Positions 27,788-38,848 are shown, counted from the stretch's first letter. The stretch is 64,000 nucleotides of DNA from an uncultured Chloroflexia bacterium (GCA_963766735.1 CAVYBU010000008.1:1-64000), one strand, 5' to 3'. The notes: a model not told the origin generated them from the sequence alone. Translations and numbers: made by a program.

Positions 27788-28645
27788 ATGCCTCGTTGCG
27801 TCCCGGCGATGCTCCTGGTCCTCTCGGTCGTTGCCGCGTGCACCCCGGCGACCGCGGGAGAGCCTCGTCTCGAACCGGTCCCGTCGATGACGCCGTTGGC
27901 GGCCGTCGCAACCCCGACCCCCGCCCCGACGGGCCGGCCGTCGCCGCTACCCACGGCGAGCCCGGTGGCTCGCGAGGCGCCGGACTCTCCCGGCGCGACC
28001 GGGACGCCGTGGCCATCCGCCACGCGCGCTCCCGAGCCGGCCGCCACGACGGACGCTGGGCCATACGCTCTCGACCTGGCGCAGGTGGCGGACTTCGTCC
28101 CTCAGTACACGTTCGAGTGGTGTGTCGGCGCGAGCGTCCAGATGGCGAGGTCGATCATCACCGGCGACCGTGACGAATCGCGAACCTCGCAGCGCCAGCT
28201 GTGGGAGAAGGCCCGTGACCTCACTGTCGGCAGCCCGTACGGCGGCGCCAACCCGGCAGGCTGGGCGGCTGCGCTCAACGACCTGGGGCTGGGACCCTAC
28301 CGGCTCGTCAGCCTGCCGGCGTTCGACACGGCCGTCAGGCAGGCGGCCCGTGCCCTCTCGGATACCGGTCGGCCAGTCGGGCTCGTCATGTGGGCTGGCC
28401 GTCACGCGTGGGTGATGACCGGGTTCAAGTCGACGGCAGATCTGCGCACCGACCAGGACGCGAGGGTGACGCATGTTCGAGTGATGGACCCGCTGTACCC
28501 GCACGGGTCGAGGTGGGGTCCGAGCCCCGCCCCCAACCGTCTCATCCGGCTCGAGACGCTCGCGAGCCAGTTCGTCAAGCGCGACCGGCCCGACTACGAC
28601 TTTGGCGTCGATCCCGGATGGCTGCTGGTGCTCCCGGTCGACTGA
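27788..28645 (+). CDS. Lipoprotein, possibly C39-like cysteine peptidase fold
   Basis: VAAC lipobox, PT linker, QYTFEWC..GRHAWV..VMDP. Confidence 0.55.
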   Translation: MPRCVPAMLLVLSVVAACTPATAGEPRLEPVPSMTPLAAVATPTPAPTGRPSPLPTASPVAREAPDSPGATGTPWPSATRAPEPAATTDAGPYALDLAQVADFVPQYTFEWCVGASVQMARSIITGDRDESRTSQRQLWEKARDLTVGSPYGGANPAGWAAALNDLGLGPYRLVSLPAFDTAVRQAARALSDTGRPVGLVMWAGRHAWVMTGFKSTADLRTDQDARVTHVRVMDPLYPHGSRWGPSPAPNRLIRLETLASQFVKRDRPDYDFGVDPGWLLVLPVD

Positions 28646-28677
28646 CGACGGCGTCGGCGACGAACGCTTGGCGGGAG

Positions 28678-28935
28678 TCAGGCCTGCCGCGATCCAAGGC
28701 GCTCTCGCCACAGGTCCGCGAGCACGTCGAGGTCGGCCTGCATTGACGCGATGGTCGTGCCTGGCTCGACGGGACCACCTCCAGCACCTCGAGCTCCAGG
28801 CCGTCGATGCCGTGGAGCCGTGCGTCTGCCGCCAAGCCGGGATCGAACGCACCGAGGGTCCCGGTCGTGACGCAGAACGCGAAGCGGTTCCGGGCGGCAG
28901 CGAGGTTGACGGCGGTCGACACCACCGCGTGGCCG
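28678..28935 (-). pseudogene. GIY-YIG-like protein C-terminal fragment, frameshifted
   Basis: NLAAARNRFAF..LAADARLHG..LEVLEVV/..ADLDVLADLWRERL. Confidence 0.45.
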
Positions 28936-28969
28936 GTGGCCTGATGCCAGGGAACCGTATGCTGCGGCC

Positions 28970-29125
28970 ATGGGCGTGATCGCAGTCCCGAGTCTCGCCG
29001 AGACGGGTCGGGTCGCCGCCGTCTCGTTCTCGACCTGGAACCCGTCGCTGCCCGGAGCGGACCGGGCGGCCGCGTCCACGGAACTGCTGGCGGCCGCGAT
29101 CCTCGGTAGGTCATCCGGCGGGTGA
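28970..29125 (+). pseudogene. Internally deleted second arginase copy (51-aa in-frame mini-ORF)
   Basis: Shares ACCGTATGCTGCGGCCATGGGCGTGATCGC with the start of the 25104 gene, fused to a diverged copy of its last ~130 bp. Confidence 0.8.
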
Positions 29126-29132
29126 GCGTCGC

Positions 29133-30312
29133 TCACTCGCGGCGTCGAGTCGCCCGACCGAAGGCCACCAGCGCGAGCACAGACGACGAGCGCCAGCAGC
29201 GCGTTCCCGAACATGGCGACCGTCAGGCCGACGGTGACGGACAGGAAGCCCATCGCGGGCGGGTAGATCGTCGAACCGACGACGGCCATCCCGGCGAGCG
29301 ACCCGCCGACGGCGGCCGAGCGCTGCGGGTAGCGGTCTCCGCCGATCGCGACGATCATCGGGAAGACCGGACCCGATGCCACGCCGGCGGCGGCGAAGGC
29401 GGCGATCGAGAGCGGCAGCGAGGGCACGAGGACTGCTACGGCGACCAGAACCGCCATCGCCAGCGTGCACGCGATGGTGAACCGCAGGTGGTCGAAGCGG
29501 TCCGCGATGACCGACGAGAGGAGGCGGCCGACGGTCAGTCCCGCCCAGTACAGCGACAACGCCAGCGTTGCCGTGGTCAGCGGCGCCTGATCAAGGAAAC
29601 GCACGATCCAGTTCGAGACGCCGACCTCGCACGCGACGTACGTCGAGATCGCGAGGCCCAGCAGCAGCAGCGGGCCTGCCAGCAGCGTCCGGCCGTCGCG
29701 GTCGCCCGTGGGACCCGGCAAGCGCCCACCCGCCCCATCTGCTGCCCTTCGTCCGCTGGGCATGGGAACGAGGACGTATGCCACCGCCAGGATCGACACG
29801 ACCGTGCCAGTGCCCACGGCGACGGCCTCCCACGGGACGCCGCCCCCCACGAGCACGCCCAGGATGAGCGGCGCGGCGAGGGCCCCAACGCTGAACGACA
29901 CGTGCAACAGGCTCATGGCTCGCCCGCGGCCTTCGCGGTAGACGTCGAGGACGAGGCCATTCGCGCCGCCGTCCAGGCAGCCGGAGCCGGCACCCATCGT
30001 CAGCGCCGCCAGCACGAACGCGAGCCATGTGGGTGCAAGGCCGAGACCGGCCGCGCCGAGCCCGGTGACGAGAACGGCGCCGCCGAGGACGAGGCGACGG
30101 CCAAGGCGCTCGGTCAGGGCACCACCGGCGAACGACCCCGACGCGTAGGCCAGGGCGTACACCAGGTAGGCGATGCCGATCCCCGCATCGTCCTGTCCGA
30201 AGGTCGCCTCGATCGAGCGGATGAGCGACGGGATGAGCAGCCCGGTCCAGCCGCAGGCGAGGAGGGTGAGGCACGCGATAAGGCCTGCCGCCAGCCGCGC
30301 ATGCTGGCTCAC
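29133..30312 (-). CDS. MFS transporter (indel near 3' end)
   Basis: GALTERLGRR; about 12 TM; natural end VLALVAFGRATRRRE* lies in a shifted frame. Confidence 0.8.
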
Positions 30313-30577
30313 GGGCGCCCGAGAGATTGTGGAGCCCGCAATGCCGCTGTCCGCCAAGATCACCTCCGGGCCGGCGCTGCGAGGGTCCAAGACTTTCTCT
30401 TCGGGCGCGTGCTCGTCCGTGGCCGGGACGTCAATGGTAGAGGCGACGCAGACGACCACGACCGCCTGTCTCGCAGCCTCTGCCCTTCTGCCCGCGCGCT
30501 GAACTGGGGACGGCCATGCCGGGGCGCCGATTGCCTATGCTTGCCGCTCGGCGTCACACTCGGACTGGGAGGTACAC

Positions 30578-31378
30578 ATGAACTTGGCCGACAAGGTTGT
30601 GGTCGTTACCGGAGCTGGCAGCGGCATGGGGCGCGAGGTCGCGCTCGAGCTGCTCAGGCGACGGGCACGGGTCGCCGCGGTGGACATCAACGAGACGACG
30701 CTGCAGGAGACTGCCACCCTGGCGCCAGGTGCCCCGGAGGCCATCGCGACGTTCGTCGTGAACATAACGGACCGGGCCGCAGTCGAGGCGCTGCCCCAGG
30801 CGGTGCTTGACCGCTTCGGCGCGGTGGACGGGATCATCAACTGCGCCGGGATCATCCAGCCGTTTGTGCGCCTGAACGACCTCGACTACGCGGCCATCGA
30901 TCGCGTCATGGACGTGAACTTCCGCGGCACGCTGTACATGACGAAGACGTTCCTGCCGTGGCTCCTCAAGCGGCACGAGGCGCACATCGTCAACGTCTCG
31001 AGCATGGGCGGCTTCATGCCGGTGCCTGGCCAGACCATCTACGGAGCGTCCAAGGCCGCCGTCAAGCTGATGACCGAGGGGCTCCACTCGGAGCTCAGGG
31101 ACACACCCGTGCGGGTCAGCGTCGTGTTCCCGGGGGCCGTCGCGACGAACATCACGGCGAACTCCGGCGTGGAGACGCCGGCGGCCGCCCCAGGGGCCAA
31201 GGAGTACAAGACCCTCGCCGCGGACAAGGCGGCCCGGATCATCCTGGACGGCATGGCCAAGAACCACTACCGCATCCTCGTCGGCAGCGACGCGAAGATG
31301 CTCGACCGGCTCTACCGCCTGCACCCGCGCCGCGCCGCAGGCTTCCTCGCGAACCAGATGAAGGATCTCCTGGGGTAG
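30578..31378 (+). CDS. SDR-family oxidoreductase
   Basis: TGAGSGMG, NCAG, YGASK. Confidence 0.92.
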   Translation: MNLADKVVVVTGAGSGMGREVALELLRRRARVAAVDINETTLQETATLAPGAPEAIATFVVNITDRAAVEALPQAVLDRFGAVDGIINCAGIIQPFVRLNDLDYAAIDRVMDVNFRGTLYMTKTFLPWLLKRHEAHIVNVSSMGGFMPVPGQTIYGASKAAVKLMTEGLHSELRDTPVRVSVVFPGAVATNITANSGVETPAAAPGAKEYKTLAADKAARIILDGMAKNHYRILVGSDAKMLDRLYRLHPRRAAGFLANQMKDLLG

Positions 31379-31695
31379 TCGGGCTCCGCAATCCTGGACG
31401 CGGGGCGTCTGGGGCAGGGGGCGCGGTCATCGGAGCTGGGGCGCATTCTTCGATGCCGCGCCTCGGGACTCTTGCCGAGCGCGGCACGCTCCCTGCCCTC
31501 GCCCCGCGATCCCGTTTACCGAGATCGACGGCGCATTCGCCAGGGACGCCAATCCCGAGGCGTGAGCGCGCCGGCCCCGGCCACCCGTGCTCGAAATGCG
31601 GCCAGCGGGGTACGATCACACCCCCAGGACGATCATCGGCATGCGGGCAGCGGCTCCATCGGAGCGCCCCCGTAGCCGCCAGGAGGCTTCTCCAC

Positions 31696-32652
31696 GTGTC
31701 TGCCAATTCAGGTCATCGCGGTCGCGCCACGGGCGTCTTCGCGCTCGCGATCGCTGCAGCCCTGACGCTCGGGGCGTGCGATGGAACGGTGCCCCTGCCT
31801 TCGATCGAGCTCCCTTCGATCGAGCTCCCCTCGATCGAGATCCCGACGAGGCCTCCCAAGCCGACCGCCGAACCAACCGCCGAGCCGGAGCCCACGGCCG
31901 AGCCGGAGCCGACGGCCGAGCCGGAGCCGACCGCCGAGCCGGAGCCCACAGCGGAGCCAACGGCCGAGCCGACGGCCGAGCCGGAGCCGACCCCGGAACC
32001 CACGGCGAAACCGACGGCAGAGCCGACGCCAGCGCCCACAGCGGAGCCCACGGCGAAACCGACGGCCAAGCCCACGGCGGAGCCGACGCCAGAGCCTACG
32101 GCCGAGCCGACCGCCGAGCCCACCCTGGAGCCGACGCCAGAGCCCACAGCGGAGCCGACCGCCGAGCCGACCCCGACCGCGAGTCCCGCGCCGGGCTCGG
32201 GTGCGGGCGACACCGGCGACGACGGGCCCAGCCTCCTGCTGCTTGTCCTCCTCGCGGTGGTCGGCGGCGGACTCGCTGTCTACGCATGGATGCGCTCCCG
32301 CGGAGGGACCCCGCCGACCGACCTCCCGCCGACCGACCTCCCGCCGACCGGTGCCCCGCCTGCCGGTCAGGCGCCGCCCCCGCCCCCACCGCCCGGCGCT
32401 GGCCCCCTGGCGCCGCCGCCCCCGCCCGGTGCCGGGACGGAAACGCAGGCGATCACGCCGGTGCCCGCGACGTCAGCAGGGTTGCCGACAGCGGCCGGCG
32501 TGGCCGCTGCAGCCGGGGCTCCCGGGACGGGCGCCGCGCCCGGTGAGTCAGCCGAGACCATCGACCGAGGCGATCCCGGGGATCCCGACGGGCTGGGTTC
32601 GCTGATCCCGCCGGCAAACGATCCCGCTCCCACGGAGCCACCGCCCGCCTGA
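31696..32652 (+). CDS. PT(A/P)E-repeat membrane-anchored protein
   Basis: AGGAGG RBS, LGAC lipobox, long PTAEP(E) repeat stalk, TM helix, Pro-rich tail. Confidence 0.7.
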   Translation: MSANSGHRGRATGVFALAIAAALTLGACDGTVPLPSIELPSIELPSIEIPTRPPKPTAEPTAEPEPTAEPEPTAEPEPTAEPEPTAEPTAEPTAEPEPTPEPTAKPTAEPTPAPTAEPTAKPTAKPTAEPTPEPTAEPTAEPTLEPTPEPTAEPTAEPTPTASPAPGSGAGDTGDDGPSLLLLVLLAVVGGGLAVYAWMRSRGGTPPTDLPPTDLPPTGAPPAGQAPPPPPPPGAGPLAPPPPPGAGTETQAITPVPATSAGLPTAAGVAAAAGAPGTGAAPGESAETIDRGDPGDPDGLGSLIPPANDPAPTEPPPA

Positions 32653-32704
32653 TTGTGGGGGCACGGACCGGACCGGCAGCGGGTCTCGGGCTCGTCCTGA
32701 TGGT

Positions 32705-33049
32705 CTACTTCGGCGTCTTGGGCGGCAGGGCCGCGACGTGCGCCAGTGCTGCCGCAACCCAGCGCGTGCCGTCCGGCCCACCGATCAGATCGGGTGGCAA
32801 GGTGACGTAGCCGCCCATCGGTCTCTCCGCGGGCCCAAACGGCCCGGAACCGTCGATCGCCCGCAGCGCCTCGGCATCCGCGGGAGCCAGCTTCACACCG
32901 ATGTCGGCGCCGAACAGGCCCATGAACATGTTGCCCTGCACGAAGGCGCCGAGATTGCCGAACATCGGCTTGACCACGACCCGCGGGTCGCCGGGCACGA
33001 TCGACCGGAACCGAACCTTGTCGGCCTCGGTCGGCTTGGGGATCTGCAC
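32705..33049 (-). CDS. TfoX/Sxy N-terminal domain protein
   Basis: KPMFG..FVQGNMF..RPMGGYV..LPPK. Confidence 0.82.
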   Translation of the reverse strand: MQIPKPTEADKVRFRSIVPGDPRVVVKPMFGNLGAFVQGNMFMGLFGADIGVKLAPADAEALRAIDGSGPFGPAERPMGGYVTLPPDLIGGPDGTRWVAAALAHVAALPPKTPK

Positions 33050-33089
33050 GGGACGCCTCCTTGTGTCGCTGCTTCTCAGCGCCCGCAGC

Positions 33090-33518
33090 TCACCCCGCGG
33101 CCTCGGCGCCAGGGACGGCCTTCCGGGAGTGCTCTCGTGGGATGACGGTCGCTCCGATCGCGCGGCAGGTGACGATCGGCTCGGCCAGGACGTCTGCTGC
33201 CGACGGCCCCAGGTCGTAGCGGCTGGCGATCACCTTGCGCGCCTCGAACCTCACAGTCCGGCTGGTGTTGCCGATCCGGGTCACGGTGCCCGTCACCTCG
33301 AGGAAGTCGCCCGCGTAGACCGGGGCCAGGAACTCGATCTCCTGGTAGCCGACGAACAGGCCCTCGTCCCCGTCGGTGATGACCGCGATCTCGGTGATCA
33401 CGTCGCCGAACAGGGCGAGCGTGCGGGCTCCGGCAACGAGGTTGCCCCCGTAGTGGGCGTCCTCCTGGCCCATCCGGACCCTGAGGGTGCTGCTGATCGG
33501 CGCGTTCGACTCGCTCAC
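33090..33518 (-). CDS. kal: 3-aminobutyryl-CoA ammonia-lyase-like hotdog protein
   Basis: RVRM..DAHYGGNLVAGA..FGDV..DGDEGLF..FLAPVYAGD. Confidence 0.8.
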   Translation of the reverse strand: MSESNAPISSTLRVRMGQEDAHYGGNLVAGARTLALFGDVITEIAVITDGDEGLFVGYQEIEFLAPVYAGDFLEVTGTVTRIGNTSRTVRFEARKVIASRYDLGPSAADVLAEPIVTCRAIGATVIPREHSRKAVPGAEAAG

Positions 33519-35666
33519 AGGTTCAGAACCTCCCTGGTGGCCCGCGCGAGGGCCGGCTCGGTGGTCGGTCGGCCGCGTCCGAGGTCTGCGGGCGGGGCGT
33601 CGGCCCGGACGACCAGTGCGTCGACCGCCACCGTCCGCTCGCGACCGACCAGGATCGGGTTGAGGTCCGCTTCAGCGATCTCCGGGTGGTCGTCGCCGAG
33701 CGCCGCGAGCCCGACGATCGCGGCCACGATGCCATCGTCGGGGATCGACCCGCCGCGGGCAGTCCGGAGCATCCGTCCGACGATGGTGTCGTCGAGCATC
33801 CGGCGCGCCTCGTCGGGGCCGATCCGGCCGATCCGGACAGCGACCTGGTCGAAGTGCTCCGCCCAGATCCCGCCGAGGCCCACCAGGACCGCCACCCCGA
33901 ACTGGTCGTCACGCCGGAAGCCGGCGATCACCTCGAGCTCCGCCCGGACGTGCTCCGCGACGATGAACGTGACCGTGAGACCGGCCCGGGCAGCGTTCTC
34001 TGAAATCGCCGCGGCGGCCCGCCGGACCTCTTCGGGGGATCCCAGACCGACCCGTACCAGGCCCAGGTCTGTCTTGTGGCTGATGCCACTCGCCACGCCC
34101 TTGAGGACGACCGGATAGCCGATCCGGTCCGCCACCTCGACCGCCGCATCGGCGTCCGGCGCGACACCCAGGCGCGGCGTCGGGATGCCATACCGGTTGA
34201 CGATCGCAAGTGAGGCGAGCTCATCGAGGGTTCCGGCCGCGGCCAGCTCCGGGAGCGCGACCGGCGGGCCATCGGCGGCGACCCGCCCGTCGCCCGCCCA
34301 TTCGGTTCGCCTGCGCGACCTTGGCCAGCGCGTCCAGCGCCACCCATGCGCCACGCAGGAGAGGGATTCGCTCGGTCAGGCAGTAGTTGAGCAGTTCCGG
34401 ACTCGGATCCTGGCTCGAGGGTGAGAGGAAGACCGGTGTCTTCTTCGACCGCGCTGCCTCGCCCGCCAGGTACGACGCCAGGTCACGCCCGAGCTGGAGC
34501 TCGTACGAGCCGCATGTCGTCTGCTGGTCGAGGCTCACGACGAGCAGGTCACCCGGCTCATCGGCCAGCGTCCGGAGGGCTCGGGGGTAGATGGCCTTGT
34601 AGTCGTCCGTGCCCCACGGATCCATCGGGTTGCGGGGGTGGAAGTTCGGCCAGGTTGCCGTGAGCGCGGCGGCGCCCGCCTCGCTCAGCGGCGGCAGCTC
34701 GATCCCGACGTCCTCGGCCAGGTCGGAGAGCAGGTTCGCCTCACCCCCGGAGTTGGTGACGATGTGCGCCCGCCGGCCCATCTGCGTCCGACCCGCGCCG
34801 AAGATCTCGCCGATCGTGGTCAGCTCGTCGAGATCGGCGCACAGGATCGCTCCGGCCTGCCGCAGCGCGGCTGCCCCGACCCGGGCGTTGCCGGCCAGCT
34901 TCCCGGAGTGGGCGACGATCCCGGCCTGGGCCGCCGACGATCGGCCGACCTTGCACACCGCCAGCGGCTTGCCGGCCTCCGCCATGGCTCGGGCGGCGGC
35001 CAGGAACCCGGTCGCATCGCCGAACCCCTCGACGAAGGCCAGGACGGCGTCCGTCCGCTCGTCGTCGGCGAAGAAGGCCAGGTATTCGGCCAGCCCGGTT
35101 CCCGCCTCCGACCCGCACGAGACGATGGTCGACAGCGGGACGCGCCCGCCGTTGTTCACGAACGCCTCCACGATCGCGCCGCTCTGGGCGACCACCCCGA
35201 CCCGTCCCCGCCGGACCTGCATCGGGACGGTCCCGATGTACGGGGCCGCCCCGGTCACGAGATCGACGAAGCCCATGCAGTTGGTCCCGACCACCGCGAT
35301 GCCCCGCTCAGAGGCGAGCGTCCGCAGCTCGGCCGCCAGCTCCAGCGCCGCCTCGCCGGAATCCGTGTAGCCGGCACCCGGGATCACGAAGCTCCGGGCG
35401 CCAATCGCCACGCCCTCCCGGACAGCCTCCAGGATGCGATCGGTCCCCAGCTGGACGAGGACGACGTCGGGCGCCTCCGGAAGATCGGAGAGTGACGGCA
35501 CGGCAGGCAGGCCGCCGATCTCCTGGTACTTCGGATTGACCGGGTAGAGGTTGCCCTGGTAGCCCAGCGCGCGGCTGTTCTCAAGGGCGACCCGCCCCAC
35601 GAACGAGCGCGGGCTGGCGCCCACGATCGCGATCGAGCCGGGACGGAGAATCGGGGTGAGATCCAT
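33515..35666 (-). CDS. ADP-forming acetate/acyl-CoA ligase family (frameshift ~34300)
   Basis: PGSIAIVGAS, QSGA, AHSGKLAG, NSGG; ATP-grasp GYPVVLK..HKTD..DLNP in a second frame. Confidence 0.85.
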
Positions 35667-35806
35667 GATGATCGGAGCGTACGAGCCCGCGGCGCCGGAG
35701 GGAAGTGCGTTCCGTCGGGCGGGCGCAGGCGCGCCGGCCCGACATCAGGTGGTCGAGTCACGGATCCGATGTCGGTGTCTGCGGCCCCGATCTCCGAAGG
35801 CGCCTG

Positions 35807-36727
35807 CTACCCGGCCGCCTCGATCTGTGCCCGGAGCAGCACGCGTCCGGGCTCGACACGGTATCCGTGCCTGGTGTTCAGGCGGCGGATGGGCTCGTTT
35901 CGCTCCTCGTTCGCCGTGACGAGCCGCAGGTAGCCCTGCTCCTTCGCCCACCTGATCTGCGCCCGCTTCAGCGCCCCCCCGATCCCGCGCCTGCGCCAGG
36001 CCCGCTTGACCCCCGCCAGATCGTGGAATGCCTGCCCGGTCCACAGGGACGGCACCGACAGCTTCGCGTAACCGACAACCTCGCTCCCCGCCAGCGCCAC
36101 GAACACGGCCTCGGGTCGATCCGAGACGCCCCGCATGTCGTTCTCGAGCCACTGCTCGAACGGCGCGATCTCGTTGCCCTCTTCGCCGGGAATGTCCGGC
36201 TCGGCCTCGAGGTAGACCTCGTACAGGTCCCGCTCGATGCCCGGCCGCTCCGACCACATGACGATCTCGATCCCGTCGGGCGGCTCTGTCGCCGGAGCCT
36301 CGATCGAATCGAGCTCGAGCACGAGCCGCGAATCGCGCCCGACCTCGACGAAGCCTCGCCGACCGGCCCACCCGAGGCTGGCCTGGTCGTCCTCGGCCAC
36401 GGGCATCTCAACTGCGGTGCACCCGCGCTCGGTGCTCCAGCGGATGAGCTCTGCAAGGAGGGCAGAGCCGACGCCACGACCGCGGGCCTCGGGAAGGGTC
36501 CACTCCTCGACGAATGCCGTCTGCGGCCGCGCGTGCCAGCCGAGGACTCCGACTCCCGCTCCCGCGTCCTCGCCGTCGGCGACCGCGATCAGCCAGACCA
36601 TGTCCTCGGCCTGCCGCCTCCAGTCGAGGAACTCCTCGGCGGCGGCCGGGTCGTCCGCGCGAACCGCATTGTGGACGGCGAGCAGGCGCTCGAGCTCCGG
36701 GGCATCGACGACCACGATCTGGACCAC
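35807..36727 (-). CDS. Tandem GNAT acetyltransferase
   Basis: PEARGRGVG and WRRRGIG motifs. Confidence 0.85.
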   Translation of the reverse strand: MVQIVVVDAPELERLLAVHNAVRADDPAAAEEFLDWRRQAEDMVWLIAVADGEDAGAGVGVLGWHARPQTAFVEEWTLPEARGRGVGSALLAELIRWSTERGCTAVEMPVAEDDQASLGWAGRRGFVEVGRDSRLVLELDSIEAPATEPPDGIEIVMWSERPGIERDLYEVYLEAEPDIPGEEGNEIAPFEQWLENDMRGVSDRPEAVFVALAGSEVVGYAKLSVPSLWTGQAFHDLAGVKRAWRRRGIGGALKRAQIRWAKEQGYLRLVTANEERNEPIRRLNTRHGYRVEPGRVLLRAQIEAAG

Positions 36728-36881
36728 GGGACGAGTGTAGAGCGCGCCGGTGCAACCGGAGGATGCCGACGGGGTCGGGGCCATCATCATGGCCGAGGGG
36801 CTCGGCCACGTGTAGGCCCGCGGTCCGACGACGTCCAGCGGGACCACGCCGGCCACGCCGCGGCCCGGCTATGCTGCCGCG

Positions 36882-37151
36882 ATGAACGAGCAGACCCTGC
36901 CTCCCATCGTCGTCCTCGGGCGCGACACCTGTGCCGACACCGTCCGGTCTCGCGCCCTGCTCGCTCAGCGCCGGATCCCGTTCACCTACCTGAAGGTGGA
37001 CGAGGACGCGGCCGCCGATGCGTGGATCCGTCGCCTGAACGACGGCGCGTGGCGCACCCCGACGATCCTCATCGGCGACCCGGACCGGCCCGACCTGATC
37101 CTGCGCGAGCCGTCTGACGAGGAGCTCCTGGCGGCCCTTGGCCTCACCTGA
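36882..37151 (+). CDS. Glutaredoxin-like protein
   Basis: CADT; TPTI; LREPS. Confidence 0.75.
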   Translation: MNEQTLPPIVVLGRDTCADTVRSRALLAQRRIPFTYLKVDEDAAADAWIRRLNDGAWRTPTILIGDPDRPDLILREPSDEELLAALGLT

Positions 37152-37196
37152 TCGAGGGCAGGACACGCCGCCCACCTTGGCACGGGCGCTCGTCGA

Positions 37197-37703
37197 TCAG
37201 GTTGCCGGCGCCTCGAGACCGAGCACCGTTGCCAGCTCCAGCAACGCGGCCCGTTCCGCGTCGTTGACCATCACGCCGCCGCGGCCGAGGAACCCCTGGT
37301 CCTCCTTGCCGGCCTTCGCCACCACCGTTGCGATCTCGAGCAACCAGGCCCTGTAGGCGGCCGCCTCGTCGGCGGTTGCCCCGGCGTCGGCCACCGCCAC
37401 GGCCGACCGCACGACGCCCAGGGCCCGGTCACGCGCACCGGGCGCCGTCACGACCTTGACGTAGTCCGGAAACGATCCGCCGGAGGCCGCCCTGTCGCTG
37501 AGCGCCGCCAGGATCGACATGATGAGCGGGTGGGAAATCTCGTCACGCGCGCTGTCAAGCACGTGGCTGGCCATCGCGAACCCCTCGCTCGCCGTCTCCT
37601 CCTTGCGGCCGGGGCTCGCCGTCGAGATCAGCACCGCGGCGGCCTCAAGGGCAACCACGAGCAGTCGCTGGTCGTCCGGATCGAAGTCGTCGAGCAGGGT
37701 CAT
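37197..37703 (-). CDS. Hypothetical protein
   Basis: Coding-like ORF; KEDQGFLGRGG..ERAAL; RBS GGAGG. Confidence 0.7.
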   Translation of the reverse strand: MTLLDDFDPDDQRLLVVALEAAAVLISTASPGRKEETASEGFAMASHVLDSARDEISHPLIMSILAALSDRAASGGSFPDYVKVVTAPGARDRALGVVRSAVAVADAGATADEAAAYRAWLLEIATVVAKAGKEDQGFLGRGGVMVNDAERAALLELATVLGLEAPAT

Positions 37704-37825
37704 GTCACCACCTCCATGCACCGGCGAGTGGAAGCGGTGCATGCAATCGACAATACCGTGCCTCGGCTCCTGGCCCGGGGGGCCAGCGACGAACTGGTGC
37801 CGGGCGTAGAATTCGACCGACGCCC

Positions 37826-38848
37826 GTGTCGATCTCCCCTCCCGCCGAGGAACCGCTCGGCACCCTCGCCCGTCGCAACGACCGCTTCATGGTGGCCGGC
37901 GTGCTCGCGTACGCCGTCCTCGTGGTCTTCCTGATGATCGTCGGCGGCGTTGCGCTCACGCCCGATGTGCTCGCGGTCTCCTTCGGCCTCGTCGCGCTGC
38001 TGCTCGGACGCGGTCGCCTCTTCTTCCGGGACTGGATCCCGTTCATCGTCCTGCTTCTCGCCTACGAGCTCATGCGCGGCATCGCCGACGACGCCGGCCT
38101 GCCGCTCCACGCCGGCGACCTGCTCGTGGCCGAGCGGCTCATCGCGTTCGGCACCGTGCCGACCCAGGTCCTCCAGGACGCGCTCCGCCCGGCGAGCGGC
38201 CCCGATCCGATCGCCCTGGGAGCGACCGTGGTCTACATGCTCCACTTCGTCCTGCCGCTGGCGACGGCCTTCGTCCTCTGGCTCTGGCGGCGCCCGCAGT
38301 TCTACGACTTCGTGGCGTCGCTGATCCTCCTGTCCGTCGCCGGCTTCATCACCTACCTGCTCTTCCCGGCGGCGCCGCCGTGGTACGTCGCCCGCGATGG
38401 CCTCTTGAACGGACCCGATGGGCAGCCCGTCATCGCCTACCTGAAACCGGGAGCCTTCGAGGAGCTGGCCGCGGCGCTGGGCTTCGACGGCCGATATCTC
38501 TATTCCCTGGCTTTCGGAAGCGTGAACCCGAACCCGGTCGCCGCCTTTCCCTCGCTGCACGTGGCCTACCCGGTCCTGACCTTCCTCGTGCTGCGGCGGG
38601 CGTTCGGGCGGATCGGGTGGCTCGCCCTGGGGTACGCGGGGATCGTCGCCTTCTCGGTCGTCTACACGGCCGACCACTGGGTGCTGGATGTCATCGCCGG
38701 CGCGGCCTACGCGTACGTGGCGTACTACGCGGTCCTGCACCTGCCGGACCGGAAGCGAGCGTGGGGTGCCATGGTGCCTCTCGGCCGCCGTCGGTCAGCG
38801 TGGGCGAGTCGCCCGGATCCCGCCCCCGACCAGGATGAGGGGAGCTGA
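37826..38848 (+). CDS. PAP2-superfamily membrane protein (AUR1/IPC-synthase-like)
   Basis: PAAPPW, AAFPSLH, HWVLD. Confidence 0.88.
   Translation: MSISPPAEEPLGTLARRNDRFMVAGVLAYAVLVVFLMIVGGVALTPDVLAVSFGLVALLLGRGRLFFRDWIPFIVLLLAYELMRGIADDAGLPLHAGDLLVAERLIAFGTVPTQVLQDALRPASGPDPIALGATVVYMLHFVLPLATAFVLWLWRRPQFYDFVASLILLSVAGFITYLLFPAAPPWYVARDGLLNGPDGQPVIAYLKPGAFEELAAALGFDGRYLYSLAFGSVNPNPVAAFPSLHVAYPVLTFLVLRRAFGRIGWLALGYAGIVAFSVVYTADHWVLDVIAGAAYAYVAYYAVLHLPDRKRAWGAMVPLGRRRSAWASRPDPAPDQDEGS

Noticed and set aside
31790-32180. CRISPR-like repeat array
   Set aside because: In-frame coding repeats without unique spacers; no cas genes in the window.
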